64,000 nt of DNA, taken from Eubacteriales bacterium (GTDB lineage: Bacteria > Bacillota > Clostridia > Oscillospirales > CAG-272). Shown here one piece after another: positions 18,691 through 27,820 of this stretch; position 1 is the first letter of the stretch; each line of letters opens with the position of its first letter. The translations under genes and the position numbers were made by a program. The notes under the pieces were generated by a model. It was given only the letters and a program-made list of their open reading frames with translations, had not been told where the DNA came from and did no database searches. Where the stretch lies: NCBI GenBank assembly GCA_045632285.1, contig JAZQWJ010000039.1:5478-69477 (forward strand), given 5' to 3'.

Positions 18691-19830
18691 ATGACAAAAA
18701 AACAAATTAAGATCGGCTTGTTGGGCTTTGGCTTTATGGGAAAGACACACGCCTTTGCCATCAATTCTCTCCCCTATTTTTGCGGTGATCTCCCTTTTCA
18801 CGCCTCGATCCGCGGCGTTTGCACTCGCTCGCTGGAAAAATCCAAAACGATCTCGGCAGAATTTGCGATCCCCGTTGCCACTGATCACGCAGAGGAGCTG
18901 ATCCGCGATCCCGAGATCGACGTGATCGATATCTGCACCCCCAACGTTTTTCACGCAGACGCTGTGCGCCGTGCATTGGCTGCCGGCAAACACGTTTATT
19001 GCGAAAAGCCATTGGCAGATACCTTAGCCAATGCCGAGGAAATGGCTGAATTGGCCCGTCAAAGCGGTTGCATCTGCAACGTCGTATTCAACAACCGGCA
19101 CCTTTCTGCCGTCCGACGCGCCAAGGAGCTTATCGACGAGGGGCGCATCGGACGTATCCTCTCCTTCGATTTCCATTATCTCCACAATTCCTGCACAGAT
19201 CCCGATCGCAAGGCCGGATGGAAGCAGACGGCCGATATTTGCGGCAAGGGCGGAGTTTTATTTGATCTTGGCGCTCACGTTCTGGATCTTGCAGTTTGGC
19301 TGTGCGGAGAACTTGACACCGTGATCGGCAAAAGTCAGATCGCCTTTTCCACCCGTGCCGATGCCAATGGAAAGCCTTGGCAGACCGACGCCCCCGAGGC
19401 GTTTTATATGCTTGTGACCACCAAGAGTGGCGCACACGGTACCGTCACGGCAAGCAAGCTGACGATGGGCACCAACGATGATCTCGGCTTTACCGTTTAC
19501 GGCACCAAAGGCGCTTTAAAGTTTTCTTTGATGAACCCCAACTATCTGGGCTTCTACGATAACACTGCCCCTCACGAGCCCTATGGTGGGACGGCAGGCT
19601 TCACACAGATCGAGTGTGTCGGACGTTATCCGGCTCCCGCGGGGGCTTTCCCCTCCCCCAAGGCAGCTCAGGGTTGGCTCCGTGGCCACGTGATGGGTAT
19701 GTATGATTTTTTGAACGCAGTGTACAAGGGCAAGCAAGGTGAACCCTCCTTTACCCACGGCGCCTATATTCAAAGGGTCATGGACGCCGCACTCCGTTCT
19801 GATGAGACGGGCAAGGAAGTTCAGATATGA
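18691..19830 (+). CDS. Gfo/Idh/MocA family NAD(P)-dependent oxidoreductase
   Basis: GFGFMG Rossmann motif, ICTPN, KHVYCEKP, GGVLFDLGAHVLD. Confidence 0.92.
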   Translation: MTKKQIKIGLLGFGFMGKTHAFAINSLPYFCGDLPFHASIRGVCTRSLEKSKTISAEFAIPVATDHAEELIRDPEIDVIDICTPNVFHADAVRRALAAGKHVYCEKPLADTLANAEEMAELARQSGCICNVVFNNRHLSAVRRAKELIDEGRIGRILSFDFHYLHNSCTDPDRKAGWKQTADICGKGGVLFDLGAHVLDLAVWLCGELDTVIGKSQIAFSTRADANGKPWQTDAPEAFYMLVTTKSGAHGTVTASKLTMGTNDDLGFTVYGTKGALKFSLMNPNYLGFYDNTAPHEPYGGTAGFTQIECVGRYPAPAGAFPSPKAAQGWLRGHVMGMYDFLNAVYKGKQGEPSFTHGAYIQRVMDAALRSDETGKEVQI

Positions 19831-20465
19831 GCATCAGCATCCTTGGTTTGACGGGCCCCAGCGGCGCCGGCAAAGGAACCGTATGCGGCATTTTTGCAGA
19901 ATATAACATTCCTTCTATTGATACCGACGCAGTCTATCACGGGCTGTTGGATACCGATGAAGCCCTGACCGCCGAGTTGATCGGCGCCTTTGGTGCCAAT
20001 ATTTTGGCCGAAAATGGCAAGATCGATCGCAAAAGACTGGGCGCAAGAGTTTTTGGGCAAGAAAACACACCGCAGCTTTTGCATACTTTGAACACGATCA
20101 CCCATAAATATGTTATGACAAGGACCCGAGAACTGGTGCGCGAGCTTGAAAACAACGGTGCCACCGCTGTTCTCATTGATGCGCCCCAACTGTTTGAGGC
20201 CGGAATCCAGCACGAATGTCTGTTTGTAATTGGCGTGCTGGCAGACCGCGAGCAGCGCATTTCTCGCATCATGCAACGAGATGACATTTCGCGCGATGCG
20301 GCAGAACGACGCATCAATGCGCAGAGAGACGACGCCTTTTTTCGCAGTGCTTGTCAATATATTTTGGAAAACAACGGTGACGTGGATGCCCTGCGCGCGC
20401 AGGTCTGCCGCTTGTTGAAAATTTCCGGATTGGAGGCCCATTGCAAAAGCAAAAAAGGATCTTGA
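19827..20465 (+). CDS. coaE: dephospho-CoA kinase
   Basis: GLTGPSGAGK P-loop, IDTD, IDRKRLG, DAPQLFE, RIMQRD. Confidence 0.93.
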   Translation: MSISILGLTGPSGAGKGTVCGIFAEYNIPSIDTDAVYHGLLDTDEALTAELIGAFGANILAENGKIDRKRLGARVFGQENTPQLLHTLNTITHKYVMTRTRELVRELENNGATAVLIDAPQLFEAGIQHECLFVIGVLADREQRISRIMQRDDISRDAAERRINAQRDDAFFRSACQYILENNGDVDALRAQVCRLLKISGLEAHCKSKKGS

Positions 20466-20986
20466 CGGCAATTGCCGTTTCGCTTTCCCTGTTTGTGATC
20501 TGCTTGTTTTTGGCACTGTCTACCGAGCCGTATCGGCGCGAACGGCGTGAGCTTAACTGCATTGGCATTGCGCGCCAATCAGCAGCGGCATTTGACGTTC
20601 CGCTTGCTCTTGTGCTGGCCGTGATACGCGTAGAAAGTGATTTTCATCCCAATGCAGTTTCCTCTGCCGGCGCGTGCGGTCTGATGCAGCTGATGCCGGA
20701 CACGTTCCTTTTTTTGCAAGAGGAGCTGTCAGGCCCTTCCACTCAAAAAGAAAGCATCTTTGATCCCTCTGTCAATATCCGTTACGGCACTTATTATCTT
20801 TCTTATCTTTACAAGCGTTTTAAAAGCTGGCAAGTCGCACTTGCTGCATACAACGCAGGAGAGGGTCGCGTGCAAGACTGGCTTGATGACAACGGTCGTC
20901 TTGTGCATATCCCATTTCCTGAAACCGCACGATACCTGGAATCTACCCTATCGGCCTACGAGGCCTATCGGGTCAAATATCAATAA
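20441..20986 (+). CDS. SLT-domain lytic transglycosylase
   Basis: N-terminal anchor, ESDF, GACGLMQLMP, ALAAYNAGEG, ETARY. TTG start after GGAGG. Confidence 0.92.
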   Translation: MQKQKRILTAIAVSLSLFVICLFLALSTEPYRRERRELNCIGIARQSAAAFDVPLALVLAVIRVESDFHPNAVSSAGACGLMQLMPDTFLFLQEELSGPSTQKESIFDPSVNIRYGTYYLSYLYKRFKSWQVALAAYNAGEGRVQDWLDDNGRLVHIPFPETARYLESTLSAYEAYRVKYQ

Positions 20987-21004
20987 ATTTCTAAAGGAGT
21001 TATT

Positions 21005-22408
21005 ATGAGCAACGAAAACAGCAAAGCAAAGGAACTCAAGGAAAATCTTTTTTACACCAAGAAAAGTGTTTTCGAGCACAAGGACGAAGCACATTTTGAT
21101 AAGGCTATGGCATACGCCAAGGGCTATGCCGCATATCTGGACGCCGCAAAGACCGAGCGCGAGGCTGTAAAAGAATCTATCCGTCTGGCGCGCGAGCAGG
21201 GCTTTGTCCCCTATTGTCTTGGTGACAAGGTGGTTGCCGGTGGCAAGTATTATTTTGACAACCGCGGTAAGGCGCTCTATCTCTTTACCGTTGGCTCCGA
21301 GTCTCTTGAAAACGGCATCCGCATCTCCGCCGCTCACATCGACGCGCCCCGCATCGATCTGAAGCAGTGCCCTCTTTATGAAGAAGGCGGTATGAGCTTT
21401 TTCAAAACCCATTATTATGGCGGCATTCGCAAGTATCAGTGGGTCGCCACTCCTCTTGCCCTGCACGGTGTAGTGGTCAAAAAGGACGGCTCTGTGGTTG
21501 AGGTCACCGTTGGCGAGGATGAGACCGATCCTGTGTTCTATATTAACGACCTTCTCCCCCACTTGGGTCAGGAGCAATCCAAAAAGCCTCTTGGTGAGGC
21601 CATCCCCGGCGAAAAGCTGAACGTGCTTGTAGGTAGCCGCCCCTTTGACAACAGCGGCGACAAGGATATGATCAAGCTGCAGACTATGGTCCTGCTCAAT
21701 GAAAAATACGGCATTACCGAGGATGACTTCCTTTCCGCCGAGCTTTGCGTCGTTCCCGCCTTTAAGGCACGTGACATCGGCTTTGACCGCGCACTGATCG
21801 GTGCTTATGGCCACGATGACCGCGTTTGTGCTTATCCCGCACTGTCCGCTATCTTTGAAAGCGCCGATTGCGCACACACCTTGATGTGCGTTCTGGCCGA
21901 CAAAGAGGAGACCGGTAGCGACGGTAACACCGGTATGAAGAGCGACGTGTTCCTTGATCTGATCAACGAGCTTTCTGCCGCCCTTGGCGCAGACCCTGCT
22001 ATCGTGCGCGCAAACTCTAAGTGTCTGTCCGCAGACGTTTCTGCTGCTTACGACCCCAATTTCCCCGACGTGTTTGAAAAGCGCAACACGCCTCTGCTCT
22101 CCGCAGGTGTTGTACTGACTAAGTTTACCGGCTCTCGCGGCAAATCCGGCACCAACGATGCCAGCGCCGAGTACATCGGTTGGCTCCGCGGCGTGATGGA
22201 GGCCGAGGGCGTTGTTTGGCAGGCCGGCGAGCTGGGCAAGGTTGACTGCGGCGGCGGCGGAACTGTTGCCAAGTTTATTGCCGAGCACAATATCGAGACC
22301 GTTGACCTGGGCGTTCCGGTCATTTCGATGCACGCCCCCTTCGAGACCATTGCAAAGGTTGACCTTTACGAGGCCTATCGCGCATTCTGCGCATTCTGCC
22401 GCGCTTAA
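21005..22408 (+). CDS. M18 family aminopeptidase
   Basis: AHIDAPRIDLK, YYGGIRKYQW, GHDDRVC, DKEETGS, SADV, SMHAP. Confidence 0.93.
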   Translation: MSNENSKAKELKENLFYTKKSVFEHKDEAHFDKAMAYAKGYAAYLDAAKTEREAVKESIRLAREQGFVPYCLGDKVVAGGKYYFDNRGKALYLFTVGSESLENGIRISAAHIDAPRIDLKQCPLYEEGGMSFFKTHYYGGIRKYQWVATPLALHGVVVKKDGSVVEVTVGEDETDPVFYINDLLPHLGQEQSKKPLGEAIPGEKLNVLVGSRPFDNSGDKDMIKLQTMVLLNEKYGITEDDFLSAELCVVPAFKARDIGFDRALIGAYGHDDRVCAYPALSAIFESADCAHTLMCVLADKEETGSDGNTGMKSDVFLDLINELSAALGADPAIVRANSKCLSADVSAAYDPNFPDVFEKRNTPLLSAGVVLTKFTGSRGKSGTNDASAEYIGWLRGVMEAEGVVWQAGELGKVDCGGGGTVAKFIAEHNIETVDLGVPVISMHAPFETIAKVDLYEAYRAFCAFCRA

Positions 22409-23475
22409 TGCTGGAGGCACTTAAATCCATAGAAGCCCGCTATATGGAGTTGGAGAGTAGGATCTCAGATCCTGCTCTCCTCTCCGACGGACAGGCTGCT
22501 GCGGCACTTATGAAGGAATACCGCCGCTTAGAGCCTACCGTAACCGTTTTTCGCCAATGGCAAAAGCTGCAAGACGAGGCTATCGAGGCAAGGCTGATGT
22601 CCGAGACGGAAGGTGACAACGAGCTTGCCGCCCTGGCAGCGGCCGAGCACCGTGCTTGCCTTGCAAAATGCGAAGAATTAGAGCAACAGCTGCGCTTGGC
22701 GCTGCTTCCCCGCGACCCCAATGACAATCGCAACGTTATCGTAGAGATCCGTGCAGGTGCAGGTGGCGAAGAAGCTGCGTTGTTTGCTGCTGTTCTTTAC
22801 CGCATGTATACGATGTATGCCGATTCGGCGGGCTTTCGCACCGCGCGTCTAAGCGCCAACGAGACCGAGCTTGGCGGATTTCGCGAGATCTCCTTTTCTG
22901 TAGAAGGCGACGGTGCATATTCCCAATTTAAGTTTGAATCCGGTGTTCATCGGGTGCAGCGCGTCCCCGTTACCGAATCACAGGGCCGTATTCAGACCTC
23001 CACAGTCACTGTAGCCGTACTGCCCGAGGCCGAAGACGTGGAAGTAGAGATCTTGCCTGCCGATATCCGTATGGAGTCCTGCAAAAGCTCCGGCGCAGGT
23101 GGTCAGCATATCAATAAAACCGAATCCGCCGTTCGCTTGACGCACTTGCCCACCGGAATCGTGGTAGAATGTCAAGAGGAGCGCAGTCAATTTAAAAATC
23201 GAGACAAGGCGCTGAAAATGCTGCGCGCAAGGCTTTATGATATCAAGCAGCGCGAGCAAAACGAGCAGATCGCCGGTGAGCGCCGTGCTCAAGTGGGTAC
23301 GGGTGACCGCAGCGAACGCATCCGCACCTATAACTACCCACAAAATCGCGTGACCGATCACCGCATCGGCCTGACGCTGTATCAGCTTGAAAAAATGCTG
23401 AACGGCGATATTTCCGAGCTGATAGAGGCCCTGAGAACAGAAGACGCCGCCGCAAAAATGAAAAACGGCGGATAA
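22408..23475 (+). CDS. prfA: peptide chain release factor 1
   Basis: GAGGEEA, RVPVTE (PxT), GAGGQH, IRTYNYPQNRVTDHR. Confidence 0.97.
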   Translation: MLEALKSIEARYMELESRISDPALLSDGQAAAALMKEYRRLEPTVTVFRQWQKLQDEAIEARLMSETEGDNELAALAAAEHRACLAKCEELEQQLRLALLPRDPNDNRNVIVEIRAGAGGEEAALFAAVLYRMYTMYADSAGFRTARLSANETELGGFREISFSVEGDGAYSQFKFESGVHRVQRVPVTESQGRIQTSTVTVAVLPEAEDVEVEILPADIRMESCKSSGAGGQHINKTESAVRLTHLPTGIVVECQEERSQFKNRDKALKMLRARLYDIKQREQNEQIAGERRAQVGTGDRSERIRTYNYPQNRVTDHRIGLTLYQLEKMLNGDISELIEALRTEDAAAKMKNGG

Positions 23476-23494
23476 TATACCGAAAGGAGCGCCA

Positions 23495-24553
23495 ATGGAA
23501 ACCAAGCTATACCACATCAACAACGTTGCAGAATGCCCGTCGGCGCTTGAAGAATCCGCCGCTATCCTACGTCGCGGCGGTCTTGTGGTATTCCCAACCG
23601 AAACCGTTTACGGCCTTGGCGGAGATGCCACCAGTCAAAGCGCCGCCAAGGCTATTTATGCCGCCAAGGGGCGCCCTTCTGACAACCCGCTGATCATCCA
23701 TATCGCAGATCCCGAGGATGCCGAGCAATACGCCGTGACTTGCGAGGCTTATTATCGCCTTGCGCGCCACTTTATGCCCGGTCCTTTAACCGTCATACTT
23801 CCCAAAAAGGACGTGATCCCCCTGTCCGTTACAGGTGGTCTCGACACCGTTGCGGTACGGTGCCCCGATCACCCCGTGGCCCGTGCGCTGATCCGCGCCG
23901 CAGACGTTGCGATCGCAGCGCCCTCGGCCAACCGCTCCGGGAGACCTTCCCCTACCTGTGCTGCCCACGTGATCGAGGATCTGTGGGGGCGCGTGGATGC
24001 GATCATCGACGGCGGTGACTGCGAGGTCGGACTGGAATCTACCATCGTAAAGCTGGACGGCGAAACGGGCGTACTGCTCCGTCCCGGTGCCATCACACCG
24101 GATGACCTAAAGGCAGTTTTGCCCAATCTGACCATCGCGCCCGCTGTAACTGCGGCCTTGGCCGCCGGAGAGCGCGTTCTCTCTCCCGGTATGAAGTACC
24201 GCCATTATGCCCCTGCCGCACCGTTAACTCTGTTGGATGGTGCTGAGGCCGACGTCACTGCCTTCTTGCTTGAAAAGGCCAACGAGCAAGGTGTTGGTAT
24301 TCTCTGCTTTGATGAAGAGGTCTCTATAATGCCCAAGGGTGCAAGGCTATTTCCCGTGGGTTCTAAAACAGACCTGGGCGCGCAAGCGCACCGCTTGTTT
24401 GCTGCTTTGCGTGAGGCGGATGCCGCCGCGGATATGCAACAGCTTTATGCACATCTTCCCCCCAAGGATGGCCTTGGACTGGCACTGTACAACCGTGCCA
24501 TCCGTGCTGCCGCACACCAAATCTTGACTGTAAACAAACAAAGGAAAGGATAA
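23495..24553 (+). CDS. sua5: threonylcarbamoyl-AMP synthase, two-domain Sua5 type
   Basis: FPTETVYGLG, KGRPSDNPLI, APSANRSG, and linker SPGMKYRHYAP. Confidence 0.95.
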   Translation: METKLYHINNVAECPSALEESAAILRRGGLVVFPTETVYGLGGDATSQSAAKAIYAAKGRPSDNPLIIHIADPEDAEQYAVTCEAYYRLARHFMPGPLTVILPKKDVIPLSVTGGLDTVAVRCPDHPVARALIRAADVAIAAPSANRSGRPSPTCAAHVIEDLWGRVDAIIDGGDCEVGLESTIVKLDGETGVLLRPGAITPDDLKAVLPNLTIAPAVTAALAAGERVLSPGMKYRHYAPAAPLTLLDGAEADVTAFLLEKANEQGVGILCFDEEVSIMPKGARLFPVGSKTDLGAQAHRLFAALREADAAADMQQLYAHLPPKDGLGLALYNRAIRAAAHQILTVNKQRKG

Positions 24554-24560
24554 AAAAGGA

Positions 24561-26840
24561 ATGGCTAAAAAGAAAAATTCCTCTGTTACTGACCCTTCCC
24601 AGATCATTCCCGCCCCCGTTACGGCACAACCCATTACCGAGACCATCGAGAAAAATTACATGCCCTATGCCATGAGCGTTATCATTTCTCGTGCCATCCC
24701 GGAGATCGACGGCTTGAAGCCCTCACACAGAAAGCTTCTGTATACGATGTACAAAATGGGGCTTTTACAGGGCTCGCGCACCAAAAGCGCCAATATCGTA
24801 GGTCAAACTATGAAGCTGCATCCTCACGGTGATGCCGCGATCTACGAAACAATGGTACGCCTTACCCGCGGCCACGCCGCGCTGCTGCATCCGTTGGTCG
24901 ATTCAAAAGGAAGCTTTGGCAAGCAATATTCCTCTACTACGATGAAATATGCCGCCTCCCGTTATACCGAGGCCAAGCTGGACAGTATTTGCAACGAATT
25001 GTTCAGCGGTATCGATCGGGACGCTGTAGATATGATCGACAATTATGATGGATCCCTAAAGGAGCCCGTTCTGCTGCCCACTACCTTCCCCAATGTTCTG
25101 GTTACCCCCAACACGGGTATCGCTGTTGGTATGGCATCAAACATTTGCTCTTTTAATCTGTCCGAGGTCTGCGACGGCGCCATTGCGTTGCTGCGCAACC
25201 CCAAGACCGGTGTTGAAAAGATCCTTGATCTGATCAAGGCTCCTGATTTTTCGGGCGGTGGCCTGATTATTTACGACCGTGATCAGATGCGCAAGATCTA
25301 TGAGACCGGTCAAGGCTCGGTCCGCATTCGCTCGCGCTATAAATATGATAAGGATGAAAACTGCATCGACATCCTGCAGATCCCCTACTCTACCAGCATT
25401 GAGGCCATTATGGACAGCATCTCCGCACTGGTCAAGGAGGGCAAGCTGAAGGGTGAGATCACCGACGTGCGCGATGAGATCGGTATCGACGGCTTTAAAC
25501 TGACCATCGACCTTCGTCGCGGGACCGATCCCGATAAGCTGATGAATCGCCTGTTTAAGCTGACCCCCCTGGAAGACAGCTTCAAATGCAATTTCAACGT
25601 ATTGATCAACTCTGCTCCCCGCCAGCTTGGCGTTGTGGACATTTTAAAGGAATGGATCCTGTTCCGTACCGAGTGTGTCCGCCGCGAGCTGAATTTTACG
25701 CTGCAAAAGAAAAAGGATCGCTTGCATTTGATGATGGCGCTTGCCACCGTGCTTTTGGATATCGATAAGGCTGTGCGCATCATCCGCAAGGCTGAGACCG
25801 ACGAACAGGTTATTTCCGACCTGATGCACGGCTTTGGCATCGATCAGATCCAGGCTGACTATATTGCCAACATCAAGCTGCGTAATCTGAATAAAAAGTA
25901 TATCTTGAATTGCGTACAGGAAATGGAGGCGCTGAAGCAGGATATTACAGATATTGAAGCGACACTTTCCGACGAGTTAAAGCTCCGCGCTAAGATCGCC
26001 ACACAATTGGCCGAGATCAAAAAGAAATATGGAAAACCGAGACAATCTCAGCTTCTCTTTGCCACCGATATCGAGGAAGAAGCCGAGGAGGAGACTCCTG
26101 TTGAAAATTATCCCGTGCGCCTGATCCTGACCAAAGAGGGTTATTTCAAAAAGATCACCTTCCAATCCCTGCAAGGTAGCGCGCGTATCGGAAAGGACGA
26201 GCAAAAGCTGAAGGATGGTGACGAGATCGCACAGACCATCGATGCCGAAAACAAGGATAATCTTTTGATCTTTACCGATCAGGCTCAGGTCTATCGCGTG
26301 GCGTTGGATGATTTTGAAAGCACCAAGGCCTCTGCAATGGGCGATTTCTTAAACGTTAAGCTGAAAATGGATAAGGATGAGCGCCCGATCTATATGCGGG
26401 TTCAAAATGCGTATCCCGAGGGAGAAAATATGGTGTTTATCTTTGCCAATGGCAAGGGCGTGCGTGTACCGATCACCGCATACGAGACCAAAGGTAACCG
26501 CCGCAAGCTGACCGGTGCTTATTCTGCCAACTCCCCCATTGTCGGCATTTTCTATGAAGTTGAAAAAAATCCCTTAGAGATCATGATGCTTTCGGACGCT
26601 GACCGTGCTATCGTCTTTAAATCCTCTTTGATCCCTGTTATGACCACACGTTCCTCTCACGGTGTTGCGCTGATGAGCCTTTCCAGAAAGGAAAAGGCTG
26701 TTACCAAAGCGCTGACCGATTTTGCGGCCGTATACGGAGATCCCAAGGGATACAGAAAGTACAAGCTCCCTGCTACGGGTGTGGTTCTCAACGACAAAAG
26801 TGTAGAAGCTATGCAGCTATCGCTGGATGACAATCTTTAA
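24561..26840 (+). CDS. type IIA topoisomerase subunit A (ParC/GyrA-like, no GyrA-box seen)
   Basis: DGLKPSHR, HPHGDAAIY, catalytic AASRYTE, GIAVGMASNI, PDFSGG; degenerate C-terminal pinwheel. Confidence 0.92.
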   Translation: MAKKKNSSVTDPSQIIPAPVTAQPITETIEKNYMPYAMSVIISRAIPEIDGLKPSHRKLLYTMYKMGLLQGSRTKSANIVGQTMKLHPHGDAAIYETMVRLTRGHAALLHPLVDSKGSFGKQYSSTTMKYAASRYTEAKLDSICNELFSGIDRDAVDMIDNYDGSLKEPVLLPTTFPNVLVTPNTGIAVGMASNICSFNLSEVCDGAIALLRNPKTGVEKILDLIKAPDFSGGGLIIYDRDQMRKIYETGQGSVRIRSRYKYDKDENCIDILQIPYSTSIEAIMDSISALVKEGKLKGEITDVRDEIGIDGFKLTIDLRRGTDPDKLMNRLFKLTPLEDSFKCNFNVLINSAPRQLGVVDILKEWILFRTECVRRELNFTLQKKKDRLHLMMALATVLLDIDKAVRIIRKAETDEQVISDLMHGFGIDQIQADYIANIKLRNLNKKYILNCVQEMEALKQDITDIEATLSDELKLRAKIATQLAEIKKKYGKPRQSQLLFATDIEEEAEEETPVENYPVRLILTKEGYFKKITFQSLQGSARIGKDEQKLKDGDEIAQTIDAENKDNLLIFTDQAQVYRVALDDFESTKASAMGDFLNVKLKMDKDERPIYMRVQNAYPEGENMVFIFANGKGVRVPITAYETKGNRRKLTGAYSANSPIVGIFYEVEKNPLEIMMLSDADRAIVFKSSLIPVMTTRSSHGVALMSLSRKEKAVTKALTDFAAVYGDPKGYRKYKLPATGVVLNDKSVEAMQLSLDDNL

Positions 26841-26861
26841 AATTCAAGGAGAAAACAAACA

Positions 26862-27098
26862 ATGAACAGCAAGAACAAAACCGCCGTACGTATTATGGCC
26901 TGGATCCTGGCCCTTTTGATGATCTTCAGCCTTGCAACGCTGACCGTCTCGATTTTTGTGGAGCAGTGCGGCCCCACCGAGGAGATTCCTCACGATCACA
27001 ACGGTGACGGAAAGCCCGATCACGACGACGCCGGTCACGACCACGATGGTGAGGTCGATACCGACGATAACGTTGATACCGGTGACGACGAGTTCTGA
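26862..27098 (+). CDS. 78-aa membrane-anchored protein with an Asp/His-rich tail
   Basis: AAGGAG RBS; basic N-terminus, one TM helix, then PHDHNGDGKPDHDDAGHDHDGEVDTDD; codon usage like host genes. Confidence 0.8.
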   Translation: MNSKNKTAVRIMAWILALLMIFSLATLTVSIFVEQCGPTEEIPHDHNGDGKPDHDDAGHDHDGEVDTDDNVDTGDDEF

Positions 27099-27100
27099 TC

Positions 27101-27146
27101 AAAAACTAAAAGGAGCAAGCAGATCTGCTTGCTCCTTTTAGTTTTT
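27101..27146. terminator. bidirectional terminator, perfect 46-bp palindrome
   Basis: AAAAACTAAAAGGAGCAAGCAGA|TCTGCTTGCTCCTTTTAGTTTTT between convergent genes. Confidence 0.88.
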
Positions 27147-27563
27147 TCTATTTCGAAAGCGAAAGCTTCTTGCCGGTCTTGAAAGACGGCTGAGGCGATA
27201 CCAAAAAGATCCTGTCCCCGTGCGCTTTTCTCCCTTGATAACGGCAACCACCTTGGCGATCACTTGCTCGCGATGCACGCCACACTCAGCCTCAAGCTGA
27301 TTATCACCGCAAAAGCAGAAGGTTCCGTTTTTGTTAACTTTAACGACTCTGTGCAAGACATATTCGCCACTATTTCTGATATAAAGACAAATATCATTCT
27401 TTTTTACACTAACACAAGTTCTTAAAACAACACTGTCAACGCCTTGCCGCAGCAACGGAAGCATACTTGTTCCCTTAGGATAAAAGCGAAATTCTCCCCC
27501 GCTTTCCAGCACCTCAAGCATCAAAGGGAGCATTTCCTCTATCGAAAAATCATTCCCCTTCAA
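27138..27563 (-). CDS. S24/S26 family peptidase without TM anchor
   Basis: GTSMLPLL (catalytic Ser), YVLHRVV, GDN. Overlaps the end of the PqqD gene by 14 nt. Confidence 0.85.
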   Translation of the reverse strand: MKGNDFSIEEMLPLMLEVLESGGEFRFYPKGTSMLPLLRQGVDSVVLRTCVSVKKNDICLYIRNSGEYVLHRVVKVNKNGTFCFCGDNQLEAECGVHREQVIAKVVAVIKGEKRTGTGSFWYRLSRLSRPARSFRFRNRKN

Positions 27564-27819
27564 CAGCGCCCACCTCTTTGAGATTGGTCAAAAATTCAAG
27601 AACGTCTGCACGTGCAGTATCGGCATCGATCTCATAGGTATCTGTCATGGCCAGCACAAGATCGTTTATCTCGCATTCTTTTTCAAGACAGTCCCAAAGA
27701 AGGCTACCGCTTCCGTTGACAGATATCATACCGTGAAAACGCTTCGAGGCCTCACCAACAGCAACGATCACGTATTGATCGCCAAGCTTGCGCTTAATAA
27801 ATTGTGCATTTCGGATCAT
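27550..27819 (-). CDS. PqqD family protein / stand-alone RiPP recognition element
   Basis: 89 aa; three beta strands, then NGSGSLLWDCL..DLVLAMTDTYEIDADTARADVLEFLTNLKEVGA, the PqqD winged-helix pattern. AAGGAG RBS. Confidence 0.9.
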   Translation of the reverse strand: MIRNAQFIKRKLGDQYVIVAVGEASKRFHGMISVNGSGSLLWDCLEKECEINDLVLAMTDTYEIDADTARADVLEFLTNLKEVGAVEGE

Positions 27820-27820
27820 A

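Noticed and set aside
26862-27098. 78-aa ORF as a lasso peptide precursor
   Set aside because: It has a TM helix, lacks the YxxP/Thr(-2) leader pattern, lies in a different operon, and no cyclase is present.
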